Source of the DNA: Candidatus Saccharimonadota bacterium
GTDB lineage: Bacteria > Patescibacteriota > Saccharimonadia > Saccharimonadales > Saccharimonadaceae
DNA: 32,000 bases
Assembly: GCA_025349965.1 (NCBI GenBank)
Contig: CP075337.1
Coordinates: forward strand, 420,001 to 452,000
Reading direction: 5' to 3'
Below the pieces are notes generated by a model. It was not told the origin of the DNA. It was given only the letters and a program-made list of their open reading frames with translations, and did no database searches. This document shows positions 7,118 to 14,863 of the stretch, piece by piece. The translations under genes and the position numbers were made by a program. Each line of letters opens with the position of its first letter. Within the stretch, counting starts at the first letter, position 1.

Positions 7118-8491
7118 ATGCGTAAAACTTCACTGCAAGGATTTACCATCGTCGAGCTTTTAATTGTTATTGTTGTTATTGCAGTTCTTGCAACCATAAC
7201 AATCGTCTCCTATAACGGCATTCAAGTACAAGCACATACAAGCGCTCTTAAGAGTGATGCTCGTACAGCTATGTCCTTTATGGAAACAGACAGGGTAACA
7301 AGAGGAGCCTACACCACCGACCCAAATATGCTCAACGCCGGAAGTGGCCTACCGGTAAATTCAGATCGAAGCTTTGCCTTCTATAGCGACGGTACGGCAT
7401 ACTGTATCTCAGTACATTCAACTCGAGTCAGTACAACATTTTATGTCTCGAATGAACAACCATCTCCCAAAGAAGGCCTATGTCCTCAAGATAGTGGCGC
7501 TAGTGTAGCTTCTCTTGCAGGAAACGGTTCGCTCGGGTATGCAAACGGTAGCGGTGAAGCGGCTGTACTCGCATCCCCAGTGGCCCTTTCATCTAGCTCT
7601 GGGAACGTTCTTTATTTCACTGATTCAAGCACTTCGCGCGTGCGACAAGTCACTACGGCCGGCGTCGTGTCAACGATTGCGGGAAATGGCCCAACGGGCA
7701 CCACAGAGGGTGTCGGCAATGCGGCGCTCTTCAATTGGCCGCAGGCAGTGACTATCGGGTTTAACGGGCATCTCTACGTTGCCGATTCAAACAATCAACG
7801 CATCAGAACAGTTCCTCTTAATAACACATCAACGTCTGTTTTTGCAGGCCTCACGGGGACTTCAACAACAACTGGATTCGCAGAGGGGACTGGCACCGCG
7901 GCACGTTTCAACGTACCTCGTGGAATTGCATTTGACTCAAATAATAATCTACTCTACGTAGCTGATTCGCAAAATAACCGAGTTCGTAGAATAACCGCAG
8001 GGCAGGTTGTCGACACCCTTGCGGGGCAGTCCGGCGGAGGCTTTGTCGACAATACAACAGGTACGCTTGCACAGTTCAACTATCCACAGGGCCTTGCAGT
8101 GAGCACCAACGGCACGATTTACGTCGCGGATACGAACAATCATAGAATTCGCATGATAACACCATCTGGAAGTGTATCGACACTAGCGGGCGGACTACAG
8201 GGCAATGTAGATAATGATGGTACTGCGGCACGTTTTAACAAGCCGAGCGCCGTAGCAGTATCTGCAAACGGTACGGTATATGTAACCGACACCGACAACC
8301 ATAGTATTCGCAAAATTACACCCGCTGGAAAGGTTTCTACAATAGCAGGTAACGGTATGGCAGGATACGCTAATGGAAACGGGAGTGATGCACGCTTCAA
8401 TGCTCCACGCGGCATTGCGCTTGGAAGCGACGGGCGTTTGTATGTAGCTGATACGGGTAATCATCGTATTCGAGTCCTTACGAATCTATAA
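7118..8491 (+). CDS. Modular type IV pilin / pseudopilin with a C-terminal six-bladed NHL beta-propeller (457 aa)
   Basis: The ATG at 7118 follows GGAGGG. The prepilin signal is MRKTSLQG|FTIVELLIVIVVIAVLA, with Phe at +1 and Glu at +5. A pilin globular head follows, with a Cys pair (YCISV...GLCP), then six NHL repeats. Confidence 0.85.
   Translation: MRKTSLQGFTIVELLIVIVVIAVLATITIVSYNGIQVQAHTSALKSDARTAMSFMETDRVTRGAYTTDPNMLNAGSGLPVNSDRSFAFYSDGTAYCISVHSTRVSTTFYVSNEQPSPKEGLCPQDSGASVASLAGNGSLGYANGSGEAAVLASPVALSSSSGNVLYFTDSSTSRVRQVTTAGVVSTIAGNGPTGTTEGVGNAALFNWPQAVTIGFNGHLYVADSNNQRIRTVPLNNTSTSVFAGLTGTSTTTGFAEGTGTAARFNVPRGIAFDSNNNLLYVADSQNNRVRRITAGQVVDTLAGQSGGGFVDNTTGTLAQFNYPQGLAVSTNGTIYVADTNNHRIRMITPSGSVSTLAGGLQGNVDNDGTAARFNKPSAVAVSANGTVYVTDTDNHSIRKITPAGKVSTIAGNGMAGYANGNGSDARFNAPRGIALGSDGRLYVADTGNHRIRVLTNL
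7506..8488 (+). repeat. Six tandem NHL-type repeats of about 55 aa (about 165 bp)
   Basis: Recurrent pattern (T/S)xAG...G.A.(A/L)RFN.P.G(I/V)A....G.LYVAD..N(H/Q)RIR.(I/V)T..G.VS. Blade ends read YVADSNNQRIR, YVADSQNNRVR, YVADTNNHRIR, YVTDTDNHSIR and YVADTGNHRIR. Confidence 0.8.
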
Positions 8492-8500
8492 ATGAGAGAA

Positions 8501-8528
8501 CCCCCGCCGACACAAAGGTCAACGGGGG
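8501..8528. terminator. Weak hairpin between the convergent pilin gene and the 8561..8998 gene
   Basis: CCCCCG / CGGGGG stem with a 16-nt loop. U tracts are poor on both strands. Confidence 0.35.
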
Positions 8529-8560
8529 CAATACCTCACAACAGAAAGGGCTAGGGGCGG

Positions 8561-8998
8561 CTAGTCTTCATCCCCTTGCATCTGGCGCATGAACTCTTCA
8601 AGTGTCATAGAGCTTTCGGGCATGCCCTTGACCACGTGGACGATTGCAACGTCCGACTGGTCGATGAAAGGGTAGTCGTTGAGCATCTTACCGATGCGCT
8701 TCAACGTATGGCTGTCGTAGATATCTCGGTGGGTATGCATGATAAGCAGCCCGAACGCATCCTTGGAGGGATCGTTCCTTTTGATGGAGTCACAAAACAA
8801 CTCCATAAAGGTAACGACGTTAATCTTGTGCTCATCCTGCTTAAGCGCGCGGATGGACGGATGGTGGGGGCGGTACACAACCGCTTCCCGGCCAATCACC
8901 TGGCATCCCTCGGTCTCTACCGGATGGACTTCAAGCGAGTAGTGGTGCCACTGGCTCAGCGCCGCCGGGACGATGGAGATGTAGACGATAAGCTTCAT
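8561..8998 (-). CDS. Hypothetical protein, elevated-GC orphan (145 aa)
   Basis: The ORF has its own TGCTATAAT promoter and an acidic C-terminus. It is about 53-63% GC by line. The antisense ORF 8576..9043 was judged spurious. Confidence 0.55.
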   Translation of the reverse strand: MKLIVYISIVPAALSQWHHYSLEVHPVETEGCQVIGREAVVYRPHHPSIRALKQDEHKINVVTFMELFCDSIKRNDPSKDAFGLLIMHTHRDIYDSHTLKRIGKMLNDYPFIDQSDVAIVHVVKGMPESSMTLEEFMRQMQGDED

Positions 8999-9050
8999 TG
9001 CTCTTCTTTCTGTAGAAATGTGAGGTGCATTACCGCAAGGTAATATTTAT

Positions 9051-9079
9051 ATTATAGCACAAAATGTTAAAATAAGCAA
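9051..9079 (-). promoter_or_regulatory. Promoter TTGCTT-N17-TGCTATAAT for the 8561..8998 gene
   Basis: On the minus strand: -35 TTGCTT (9079-9074), 17-nt spacer, extended -10 TGCTATAAT (9059-9051). The roughly 45-nt leader contains the hairpin ATTACC/GGTAAT at 9029-9044. Confidence 0.5.
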
Positions 9080-9151
9080 TATCAACACTCGCTGACATTA
9101 TTTACAACACATTGAAATTTAAATCTGTTACCTGTGTGGATAAGCGAAAGA

Positions 9152-9940
9152 TTATGTGTCTTTTGTAAGCCGTACACTCATGCCAAGGCCTTGAAATTTC
9201 CTCGTAACATAGACTGGCTGGCTTGGAGTGCTCAGCGTTGCATTGTAGTGATAGCCAAGATTATCAAACGCTTGTAGTTTTTCGGGGCTTTCAATACGGT
9301 TCACAATCACCCAATGAGCAAAAGCACCGCGCGCAATCTTAGAGTGAATCACCACGGGTTGCGGTTTTCCATCTTTGACCGTCAAAAATACGGGCGTAAT
9401 GACTTGAGCCCCGTCCATATATGGCAATACGGCCTTTGTATATTCTGGTACGGATAGATTAAGAATGATTCTGTTTTTTGGTAGCTGGGCGGCAATCGCA
9501 CCACCCCAGTATTCATAAAGATTTTGGATGGGTGCAGCGGGAAGTCTATACCCCATCTCAAGGCGATAGGGATGTACGTTATCAAGCGCACGCGCCACGC
9601 CGTATAAACCAGAAAGAATATAGAAGCATTCATGGGCATACTGGCGATCTTCTGTAGTAAAAGTACGCGCCTGAAGCCCGCTGTACATGTCGCCCAAGAA
9701 TGCATCAATTGCAGGAAGGGTGGAGCGGCGCTCTTGCCATTCCCCAAAAAGGGTCTGTGTCTTCTCAGCCAATGCAGGTGATATTTTCATTCCCCCTGAA
9801 AGCTCCTCTCCTGACAGCTTCCTCAAATGCGACACAAGCTCAACGGCACGCGTAAGAAGGGGCGGCTCGCTATAGGTGCGTAGTGATGCCTCGCTACTGG
9901 TGCGCATTGTTTTTGAAGAGTGAAAGAGAATAGTAAACAC
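9152..9940 (-). CDS. yaaA: YaaA-family (UPF0246/DUF328) peroxide-stress protein (262 aa)
   Basis: Collinear with E. coli YaaA as I remember it (GDxYxGLQA, LSGLYGV.R.LD...PYRLEMG, ..YEYWG). GTG start lies 6 nt after the FKBP stop codon, so the two probably form an operon. Confidence 0.85.
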   Translation of the reverse strand: MFTILFHSSKTMRTSSEASLRTYSEPPLLTRAVELVSHLRKLSGEELSGGMKISPALAEKTQTLFGEWQERRSTLPAIDAFLGDMYSGLQARTFTTEDRQYAHECFYILSGLYGVARALDNVHPYRLEMGYRLPAAPIQNLYEYWGGAIAAQLPKNRIILNLSVPEYTKAVLPYMDGAQVITPVFLTVKDGKPQPVVIHSKIARGAFAHWVIVNRIESPEKLQAFDNLGYHYNATLSTPSQPVYVTRKFQGLGMSVRLTKDT

Positions 9941-9946
9941 GGGAAG

Positions 9947-10333
9947 TTACCCGGCAATCGCCACCAGTTCAATATCAAACACGAGGTCACTATTTGGCGG
10001 AATATTAGCCGCGGCGCGGACTGACCCATAGGCCATAGTAGAAGGGATAATAAGACGGCGAATACCACCAACGCGCATGCCGGGTACTCCCTGTGTCCAG
10101 CCAGCAATCACTTGATCCAGACCAAAACTAATTGGCTCGCCGAAATCACGGCTACTCTGGAAAATGGTTCCGTCTGCACATAATGCCCCTGTGTAATGCG
10201 CGGTGATGGTAGCGCCCGGTGCCACCGCTTCACCTGTACCAACAACGGTATCAATAATCTGTAATTCTGCGACCTTATTTTTGCCGAGTGGCATAAAGTC
10301 AACAAGTTGGGTCCCCTCAAGTCTCTCATTCAT
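9947..10333 (-). CDS. FKBP-type peptidyl-prolyl cis-trans isomerase (128 aa)
   Basis: FKBP core: HYTGAL.DGT.F.SSRD.G.P.SF.L..VI.GW.QG..GM.VGG.R.L.IP...AYG. Confidence 0.9.
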   Translation of the reverse strand: MNERLEGTQLVDFMPLGKNKVAELQIIDTVVGTGEAVAPGATITAHYTGALCADGTIFQSSRDFGEPISFGLDQVIAGWTQGVPGMRVGGIRRLIIPSTMAYGSVRAAANIPPNSDLVFDIELVAIAG

Positions 10334-10339
10334 ACTATT

Positions 10340-10348
10340 AGTATACCA
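10340..10348 (-). promoter_or_regulatory. TGGTATACT extended -10 ending 6 nt before the FKBP ATG (leaderless type)
   Basis: The minus strand reads GTGGTATACT-aatagt-ATG. Confidence 0.5.
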
Positions 10349-10363
10349 CTGTAAACTTTTCTA

Positions 10364-10394
10364 TTGACACCTATTTCATGCGGTAGGGTATACT
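10364..10394 (+). promoter_or_regulatory. Possible promoter TTGACA-N19-TATACT for a long leader and the 83-aa ORF
   Basis: Consensus -35 and a good -10, but the 19-nt spacer is long. Confidence 0.3.
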
Positions 10395-10621
10395 AGGTAT
10401 AGCTATGTAGGTACTGGTGGATACCTTTTCACTTACAAGCTTGCATATTTACATCTATAGATGTATTTACACCTCCATCGTGGTAAACAGATTGGCGTTC
10501 TATTCCAAAAGAAAGATAGAGCGGTCGCCGGTCCTATCCACCGCTGGATAAAAGAAGGGCTTGCCCTTCGTACACTCCAAAATCCGTTCGCTTAAACAAT
10601 ATCTTAGGCAAGGAGTGGTGT

Positions 10622-10873
10622 ATGACCAACACAACAATTAACAAAGAGGTAAGCGTAACACGACTCGGGTTCAAAAAGAACATGACCGTGTATCCGCAAC
10701 AAGTAGAATTTGACGGTTCAACCATCAATTTTATCGATGCGGGAATCAGTTGTATCGTTCGCTCAGGTGAACGCATTGCGCAGATTTTTACCCTTACCGA
10801 TGGTCGCTCAGAGTTTCGGCTCCGGAGTGACAACAATGGTGGAGCGTGGACGTTGCTTTCTATAAGCGCGTAA
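10622..10873 (+). CDS. Small hypothetical protein (83 aa)
   Basis: SD AAGGAG lies 7 nt upstream of the ATG and a terminator follows. The sequence looks beta-rich and matches no family I recognise. Confidence 0.55.
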   Translation: MTNTTINKEVSVTRLGFKKNMTVYPQQVEFDGSTINFIDAGISCIVRSGERIAQIFTLTDGRSEFRLRSDNNGGAWTLLSISA

Positions 10874-10888
10874 ATCCTCCCGACAGAG

Positions 10889-10916
10889 ACGCAGCACTTG
10901 CTGCGTTCTTTGTTTT
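10889..10916 (+). terminator. Intrinsic terminator after the 83-aa ORF
   Basis: 7-bp stem ACGCAGC / GCTGCGT with a 4-nt loop, then TCTTTGTTTT. Confidence 0.65.
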
Positions 10917-10978
10917 ATGATATGATATGTTAATTCTGCACACCCGTGCAGTAGATCCTTTACGAATAGTGGAAGAAG

Positions 10979-11851
10979 GTGATGTATGTGATACTCACGG
11001 ATGAAACCCTGGAACATCTTCAGGAGCAAAAACTCTTGGCGGAGACTCGATATAGCCTGCTACTCAGCAAAAAGGACGCTATCGAGACCCAATGCGAAGC
11101 CGCTCGCGAAGAAGTGGGCGAGGTGGGCAAAGTATTGAGCGAAGCAAGGGTGTCCCTTGAGCAGTGTGCACGGAATGTATGCGCCGCCCAGAGAGAAATG
11201 GGGCGTGAGCTTCTTCGCCTCCTCAAGCGAAGGGATGACATCGCAGAACGTGCGGTTGATCATGAGCGTATCATGCTTCAAGCTCGTCAACGAGGAGAAG
11301 TGGCCACCGAAACGTGGCACAGGCTCTGCGCGGAGGCCGCACTACACATTGGGCATCACTACACGGAACAGATTAAAGCCGTGAAGCAACGCACCCAGCG
11401 AGTGGTTGATGTCAGCAATGAAGCCGCCCAGGCCTTGAGTCGCGCTCGAAACGCTTTTTGCGAAGCAAGGACGAAGCATGCTCGACTCAACGAGTTACGC
11501 GAAGAGGCTCGTCAGCGTTTTTACGTAGCCGAGACCGCTCGAAAGAATGCCCGCAGGAAGTACAACAACCACGCAAAAGCACTCAAGCGACGCGAGCAAG
11601 AAAGAGTCAAGAAGCTTGCGCGCTGGGCTGGCGTGCCGGAGCGATACCTTCATCAAACGCTCATCGTGGAAGGTGAAGGTACTACGTTGCACTTCTATTT
11701 CGGCCCAACTATCGAAGTCGACAGACGACTACGCCCCAACCATGGACATATCGTGGTGCGCGGGAACGTAGTAGTCTATAGACGATTTCCAGGCCAAAAG
11801 AGGAGCCGGCGGCATGGCGATACACTCATCCTGCTCCCGAAACTAAAGTAA
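10979..11851 (+). CDS. Hypothetical Arg-rich coiled-coil protein with a small C-terminal beta domain (about 290 aa)
   Basis: About 220 aa of E/R/A/Q coiled coil, followed by GVPERYLHQTLIVEGEGTTLHFYFGP...NHGHIVVRGNVVVYRRFPGQ. The start is ambiguous (GTG 10979, ATG 10982 or GTG 10988) because GGAAGAAGG abuts 10979. About 52-60% GC. Confidence 0.6.
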   Translation: MMYVILTDETLEHLQEQKLLAETRYSLLLSKKDAIETQCEAAREEVGEVGKVLSEARVSLEQCARNVCAAQREMGRELLRLLKRRDDIAERAVDHERIMLQARQRGEVATETWHRLCAEAALHIGHHYTEQIKAVKQRTQRVVDVSNEAAQALSRARNAFCEARTKHARLNELREEARQRFYVAETARKNARRKYNNHAKALKRREQERVKKLARWAGVPERYLHQTLIVEGEGTTLHFYFGPTIEVDRRLRPNHGHIVVRGNVVVYRRFPGQKRSRRHGDTLILLPKLK

Positions 11852-11857
11852 AGGATT

Positions 11858-11889
11858 ACCCGTAGGCTAACATAGCTTGCGGGTTTTTC
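11858..11889 (+). terminator. Intrinsic terminator
   Basis: 10-bp stem ACCCGTAGGC / GCTTGCGGGT including two G-U pairs, a 7-nt loop, then T5. Confidence 0.6.
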
Positions 11890-11891
11890 CT

Positions 11892-11920
11892 TTGCAAAAA
11901 TATTACTTTTATAGTATAAT
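11892..11920 (+). promoter_or_regulatory. Promoter TTGCAA-N17-TATAAT of the surface-protein gene
   Basis: -35 at 11892-11897 and -10 at 11915-11920. The leader is about 105 nt and holds two small hairpins at roughly 11956-11995. Confidence 0.6.
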
Positions 11921-12031
11921 ATAGTTGAGTATTTAGAGTTGGGTACTTTTGTGTACGATTCTGCGCTTTTCGCGCTGTTTTTGAGCACGAAAAACCTTCT
12001 AGATACTTGCACCTACACAGATTGGGGAGAA

Positions 12032-14002
12032 ATGACCAAAGAAAAACAGGGAGGTAAGCGCAAGTTTATTGCACTTGCACTCCTGAGCGCGCTCGTGACG
12101 AGCTTCTTCGTCGTGAGCGGACCGGTAAGTGGAGCTGAGGCGCACACCGGAGATATCACGGCCACGGCTGCCTGCAATGCAGGCACCGGGGAGTACGATG
12201 TCACTTACACACTGACGCTGCGCAATACGCCGCCGGGTCAGACTGCCTCAACCATGTGGCGGATCGGTAGCCAGAACTTCCAGGGGACGCCCAACAGCGC
12301 CGCCGGGATGGACAAGGGGCCGATTTCCTCCGCAGGTAACGGACAGGTGGTCCTCGGATCACATTCGTTGCCGGGTACTACCGTTGGCAATGGTCCTTGG
12401 GTCTACGCCTACACGAAGTGGAGCGGTGGCTACGGCTACGGTTCTGACACTCGCGTCGAGGGCCTCAAGGGCAACTGCAGCAAGCCCTTCGACTGGAACT
12501 GGCAGTACGCCGCACCGACGTGCGATGGACTGACGGTGACCTACCCGGCAGACCTGCCGGCGGGTCAGGCGAACGATGTCAACATCCGTGTGAAGAACAT
12601 GGAGACGGGCGAAGTTCGTACCTTCAACTTCCATAACAACACCGGCACCTGGTCGGGTACGCAGACGTTTGACGTCAAGGCGCACCCGGACTGGCCCGGA
12701 TGGAAGTACTACGAGTTCCAGTGGACTCAAGTGGCAGGTACCAACTACCACTGGCAGGGGAGTCTCATTTGCGGAACGCAGAAGCCCCCGAAGCCCGAGC
12801 CCAAGGTGGAGCGGACTCCCAAGGAGACCGTTGACTGCGCGGCGAACATCGTCAACATCGTCATCACGGTGAAGACGAGCGACCCCGTATGGAACGAGGA
12901 GCTGTACGACTGGGCCTACGGTGAGCCGGTTGTGACGACAGAGATGTCGACACGTCCACTGACCGATGCCGAACGTCTGCAGTGTGCGGGTGACAAACCC
13001 GAACCGAAGGTTGACGTGAAGACGACGGAGAAGGTTTCCTGTGAGACCGAGCTCGTCACCATCACGAAGACCACTACCACAGAAGTGTACGTCCTGGACG
13101 GCACCAAGTGGGTTCTGGGCGAGCCTGATGTGAAGGTGGAAACGAGTGATCGTCCTGCCACCATTGAGGAGCTCAACAAGGCCGAGTGCCCGCCGGGCAC
13201 CGAGCCGCCCCCGCCCGTTCATGAAGTGGATGTGAAGACGTCGCTGGACTGCACCACCGAGACGGTGACGACGACCACGACGACAACGGACATCCTGTAC
13301 GTCTGGAACACGGAGACGCGTACCTACGTCCTGGGTAAACCCGACGTGAAGGTGGAGACGAGCACTCGCCCCGCCACTATCGAGGAGCTCAACAGCGCCG
13401 AATGTGACCCGACCACTCCTCCCGAGCCAAAGGTGAAGGAGGAAGTGACTACGGTCATTGACTGCGCCACTGAGACGGCGACGGACACGAAGGTGGTTAC
13501 GACCATCGATCCGGTCTGGAACGCGGAGACGCGTACCTGGGTGGATGGCGAGCCCAAGGTCGAGTCCACCGACACAGTGCGGCCGGCAACGGTTGACGAG
13601 TTGAACGGCGCCCCGTGCGACCCGTCCACTCCGCCGCCACCGGTCGTCAATGTTACCAGCAAGGAAGTGCTTGACTGCACGACCAAGAAGGTAACAACCT
13701 CGACCGATGTCGCCGAGTCGAAGCCGACTTGGGACGTTGACACCCGCACCTGGGTGTTTGGCGACCCCGTGGTCAAGACCAGTGTCACTCAGCGTGACGC
13801 AACAGCAGCAGAGGTGAAGACCTGCCCGGCGACGCCGAGCAAGAACACTCCAGTGCCGCCCAAGACCACCAAGTCCGGCCTTGCCGTGACTGGCGGCGAA
13901 ACCATACTGCCTCTCGTAGGTGGTGCTGCCGCGCTGATTCTCCTCGGCGCAACCCTGACGATCCTCGCGGTTCGTCGCCGTCGTCAGAACGCAGACGCGT
14001 AA
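12032..14002 (+). CDS. Cell-wall-anchored surface protein with an LAxTG sorting signal and five tandem domains (656 aa)
   Basis: The ATG at 12032 follows GGGGAGA. Signal peptide MTKEKQGGKRKFIALALLSALVTSFFVVSGPVSGAEA. The C-terminus is LAVTG (13880-13894) plus a hydrophobic helix and an RRRRQ tail. About 60% GC. The ORF start at 11939 is a spurious extension. Confidence 0.85.
   Translation: MTKEKQGGKRKFIALALLSALVTSFFVVSGPVSGAEAHTGDITATAACNAGTGEYDVTYTLTLRNTPPGQTASTMWRIGSQNFQGTPNSAAGMDKGPISSAGNGQVVLGSHSLPGTTVGNGPWVYAYTKWSGGYGYGSDTRVEGLKGNCSKPFDWNWQYAAPTCDGLTVTYPADLPAGQANDVNIRVKNMETGEVRTFNFHNNTGTWSGTQTFDVKAHPDWPGWKYYEFQWTQVAGTNYHWQGSLICGTQKPPKPEPKVERTPKETVDCAANIVNIVITVKTSDPVWNEELYDWAYGEPVVTTEMSTRPLTDAERLQCAGDKPEPKVDVKTTEKVSCETELVTITKTTTTEVYVLDGTKWVLGEPDVKVETSDRPATIEELNKAECPPGTEPPPPVHEVDVKTSLDCTTETVTTTTTTTDILYVWNTETRTYVLGKPDVKVETSTRPATIEELNSAECDPTTPPEPKVKEEVTTVIDCATETATDTKVVTTIDPVWNAETRTWVDGEPKVESTDTVRPATVDELNGAPCDPSTPPPPVVNVTSKEVLDCTTKKVTTSTDVAESKPTWDVDTRTWVFGDPVVKTSVTQRDATAAEVKTCPATPSKNTPVPPKTTKSGLAVTGGETILPLVGGAAALILLGATLTILAVRRRRQNADA
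12785..13845 (+). repeat. Five tandem repeats of about 210 bp (about 70 aa) inside the surface protein
   Basis: Each unit runs from a P(E/V)PKV-type linker, through (V/L/I)(D/S)C, ...(P/Y)(V/T)WN.ETRTWV.GEP.V....RPAT..ELN.AEC. PEPKV-encoding 15-mers lie at about 12794, 12998 and 13421. Confidence 0.8.
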
Positions 14003-14052
14003 GCGTTTCTGCCCCTGAAGACACCCTAGCCGGGTAGTCCGGTGCTTAGAGC

Positions 14053-14100
14053 CTCAACAGCCAGTTGAGTCGCTCGGCACTGGGCCGCCCGGCCTTTTAT
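14053..14100 (+). terminator. Weak hairpins and a T tract after the surface-protein gene
   Basis: CTCAAC / GTTGAG at 14053-14069, and GGCC-gccc-GGCC followed by TTTTATTTT at 14083-14103. Confidence 0.35.
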
Positions 14101-14163
14101 TTTGTGATTATTTTCCAAACACTAGTTTAGCGTTATGGCCCTTGCTGAGTACGCTACATTTTC

Positions 14164-14192
14164 TTGACATTTACTTCTCAAATTGCTATAAG
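14164..14192 (+). promoter_or_regulatory. Promoter TTGACA-N17-TATAAG
   Basis: Consensus -35 at 14164-14169 and -10 at 14187-14192, 50 nt upstream of the ATG at 14243. Confidence 0.55.
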
Positions 14193-14242
14193 TAAAGCTA
14201 ATACTATTTCAAAACACATACAGATAAGGAAATTGCGAGACC

Positions 14243-14761
14243 ATGTCTGATTTACCAGAAAAACAAGTCAAGCGTCTCCACGCACTCATTCAAGAGGCGG
14301 AGACAAACCTAGCGGCAGCCAAAGAGCTCCTTATTAGCATTGTTGGAGATGACGGTGCAGTTATCACTCCGCGTAGTTCAGCGAACGAAGATGTTGGCGG
14401 AAAGATTATCGAAGGCGTTTTTGACGGCCAGAAGATGATTGGCCCTGACGGCAAAGAGTACCCAGTACCGGCTAACTACGCCAGCAAGTCAAAGCTTGTG
14501 GAAGGCGATCTTCTTAAACTTACAATTGCCGACGACGGCAGCTTCATTTACAAGCAAATTGACCCAGTGCCACGTAACCAGATTATTGGTACGATGTCTC
14601 AGCATGACGGTGCGTACTACGTTGAAGCAAACGGGCGTGAATACCGCATCCTCCTTGCTAGCGTGACGTACTTCCGTATTAACATCGGTGATCAGGTAAC
14701 AATTATTGTTCCTGCAGATAACCCAGAGGCAACCTGGGCAGCCGTAGAAGCAGCACTCTAG
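14243..14761 (+). CDS. Hypothetical protein (172 aa), backbone GC
   Basis: SD AAGGAA. It has an N-terminal helix (KRLHALIQEAETNLAAAKELL) and a C-terminal beta-rich region. No family recognised. Confidence 0.65.
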   Translation: MSDLPEKQVKRLHALIQEAETNLAAAKELLISIVGDDGAVITPRSSANEDVGGKIIEGVFDGQKMIGPDGKEYPVPANYASKSKLVEGDLLKLTIADDGSFIYKQIDPVPRNQIIGTMSQHDGAYYVEANGREYRILLASVTYFRINIGDQVTIIVPADNPEATWAAVEAAL

Positions 14762-14763
14762 AT

Positions 14764-14792
14764 TTGCACTTTATAGCCTAAAGTGTTATAAT
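14764..14792 (+). promoter_or_regulatory. Promoter TTGCAC-N17-TGTTATAAT
   Basis: -35 at 14764-14769 and extended -10 at 14784-14792, immediately after the upstream stop codon. Confidence 0.55.
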
Positions 14793-14863
14793 ATAAGTAT
14801 GGTAGTAGTCGTGTGAATGCACGGCTACTATTGTATCTGTCCACTAGAGAAATGGAGTTCATC

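Noticed and set aside
10534-10836. Minus-strand 100-aa ORF overlapping the leader and the 83-aa gene.
   Set aside because: It has no SD or promoter. It overlaps a + strand ORF that has an SD and a terminator, and its translation looks arbitrary.
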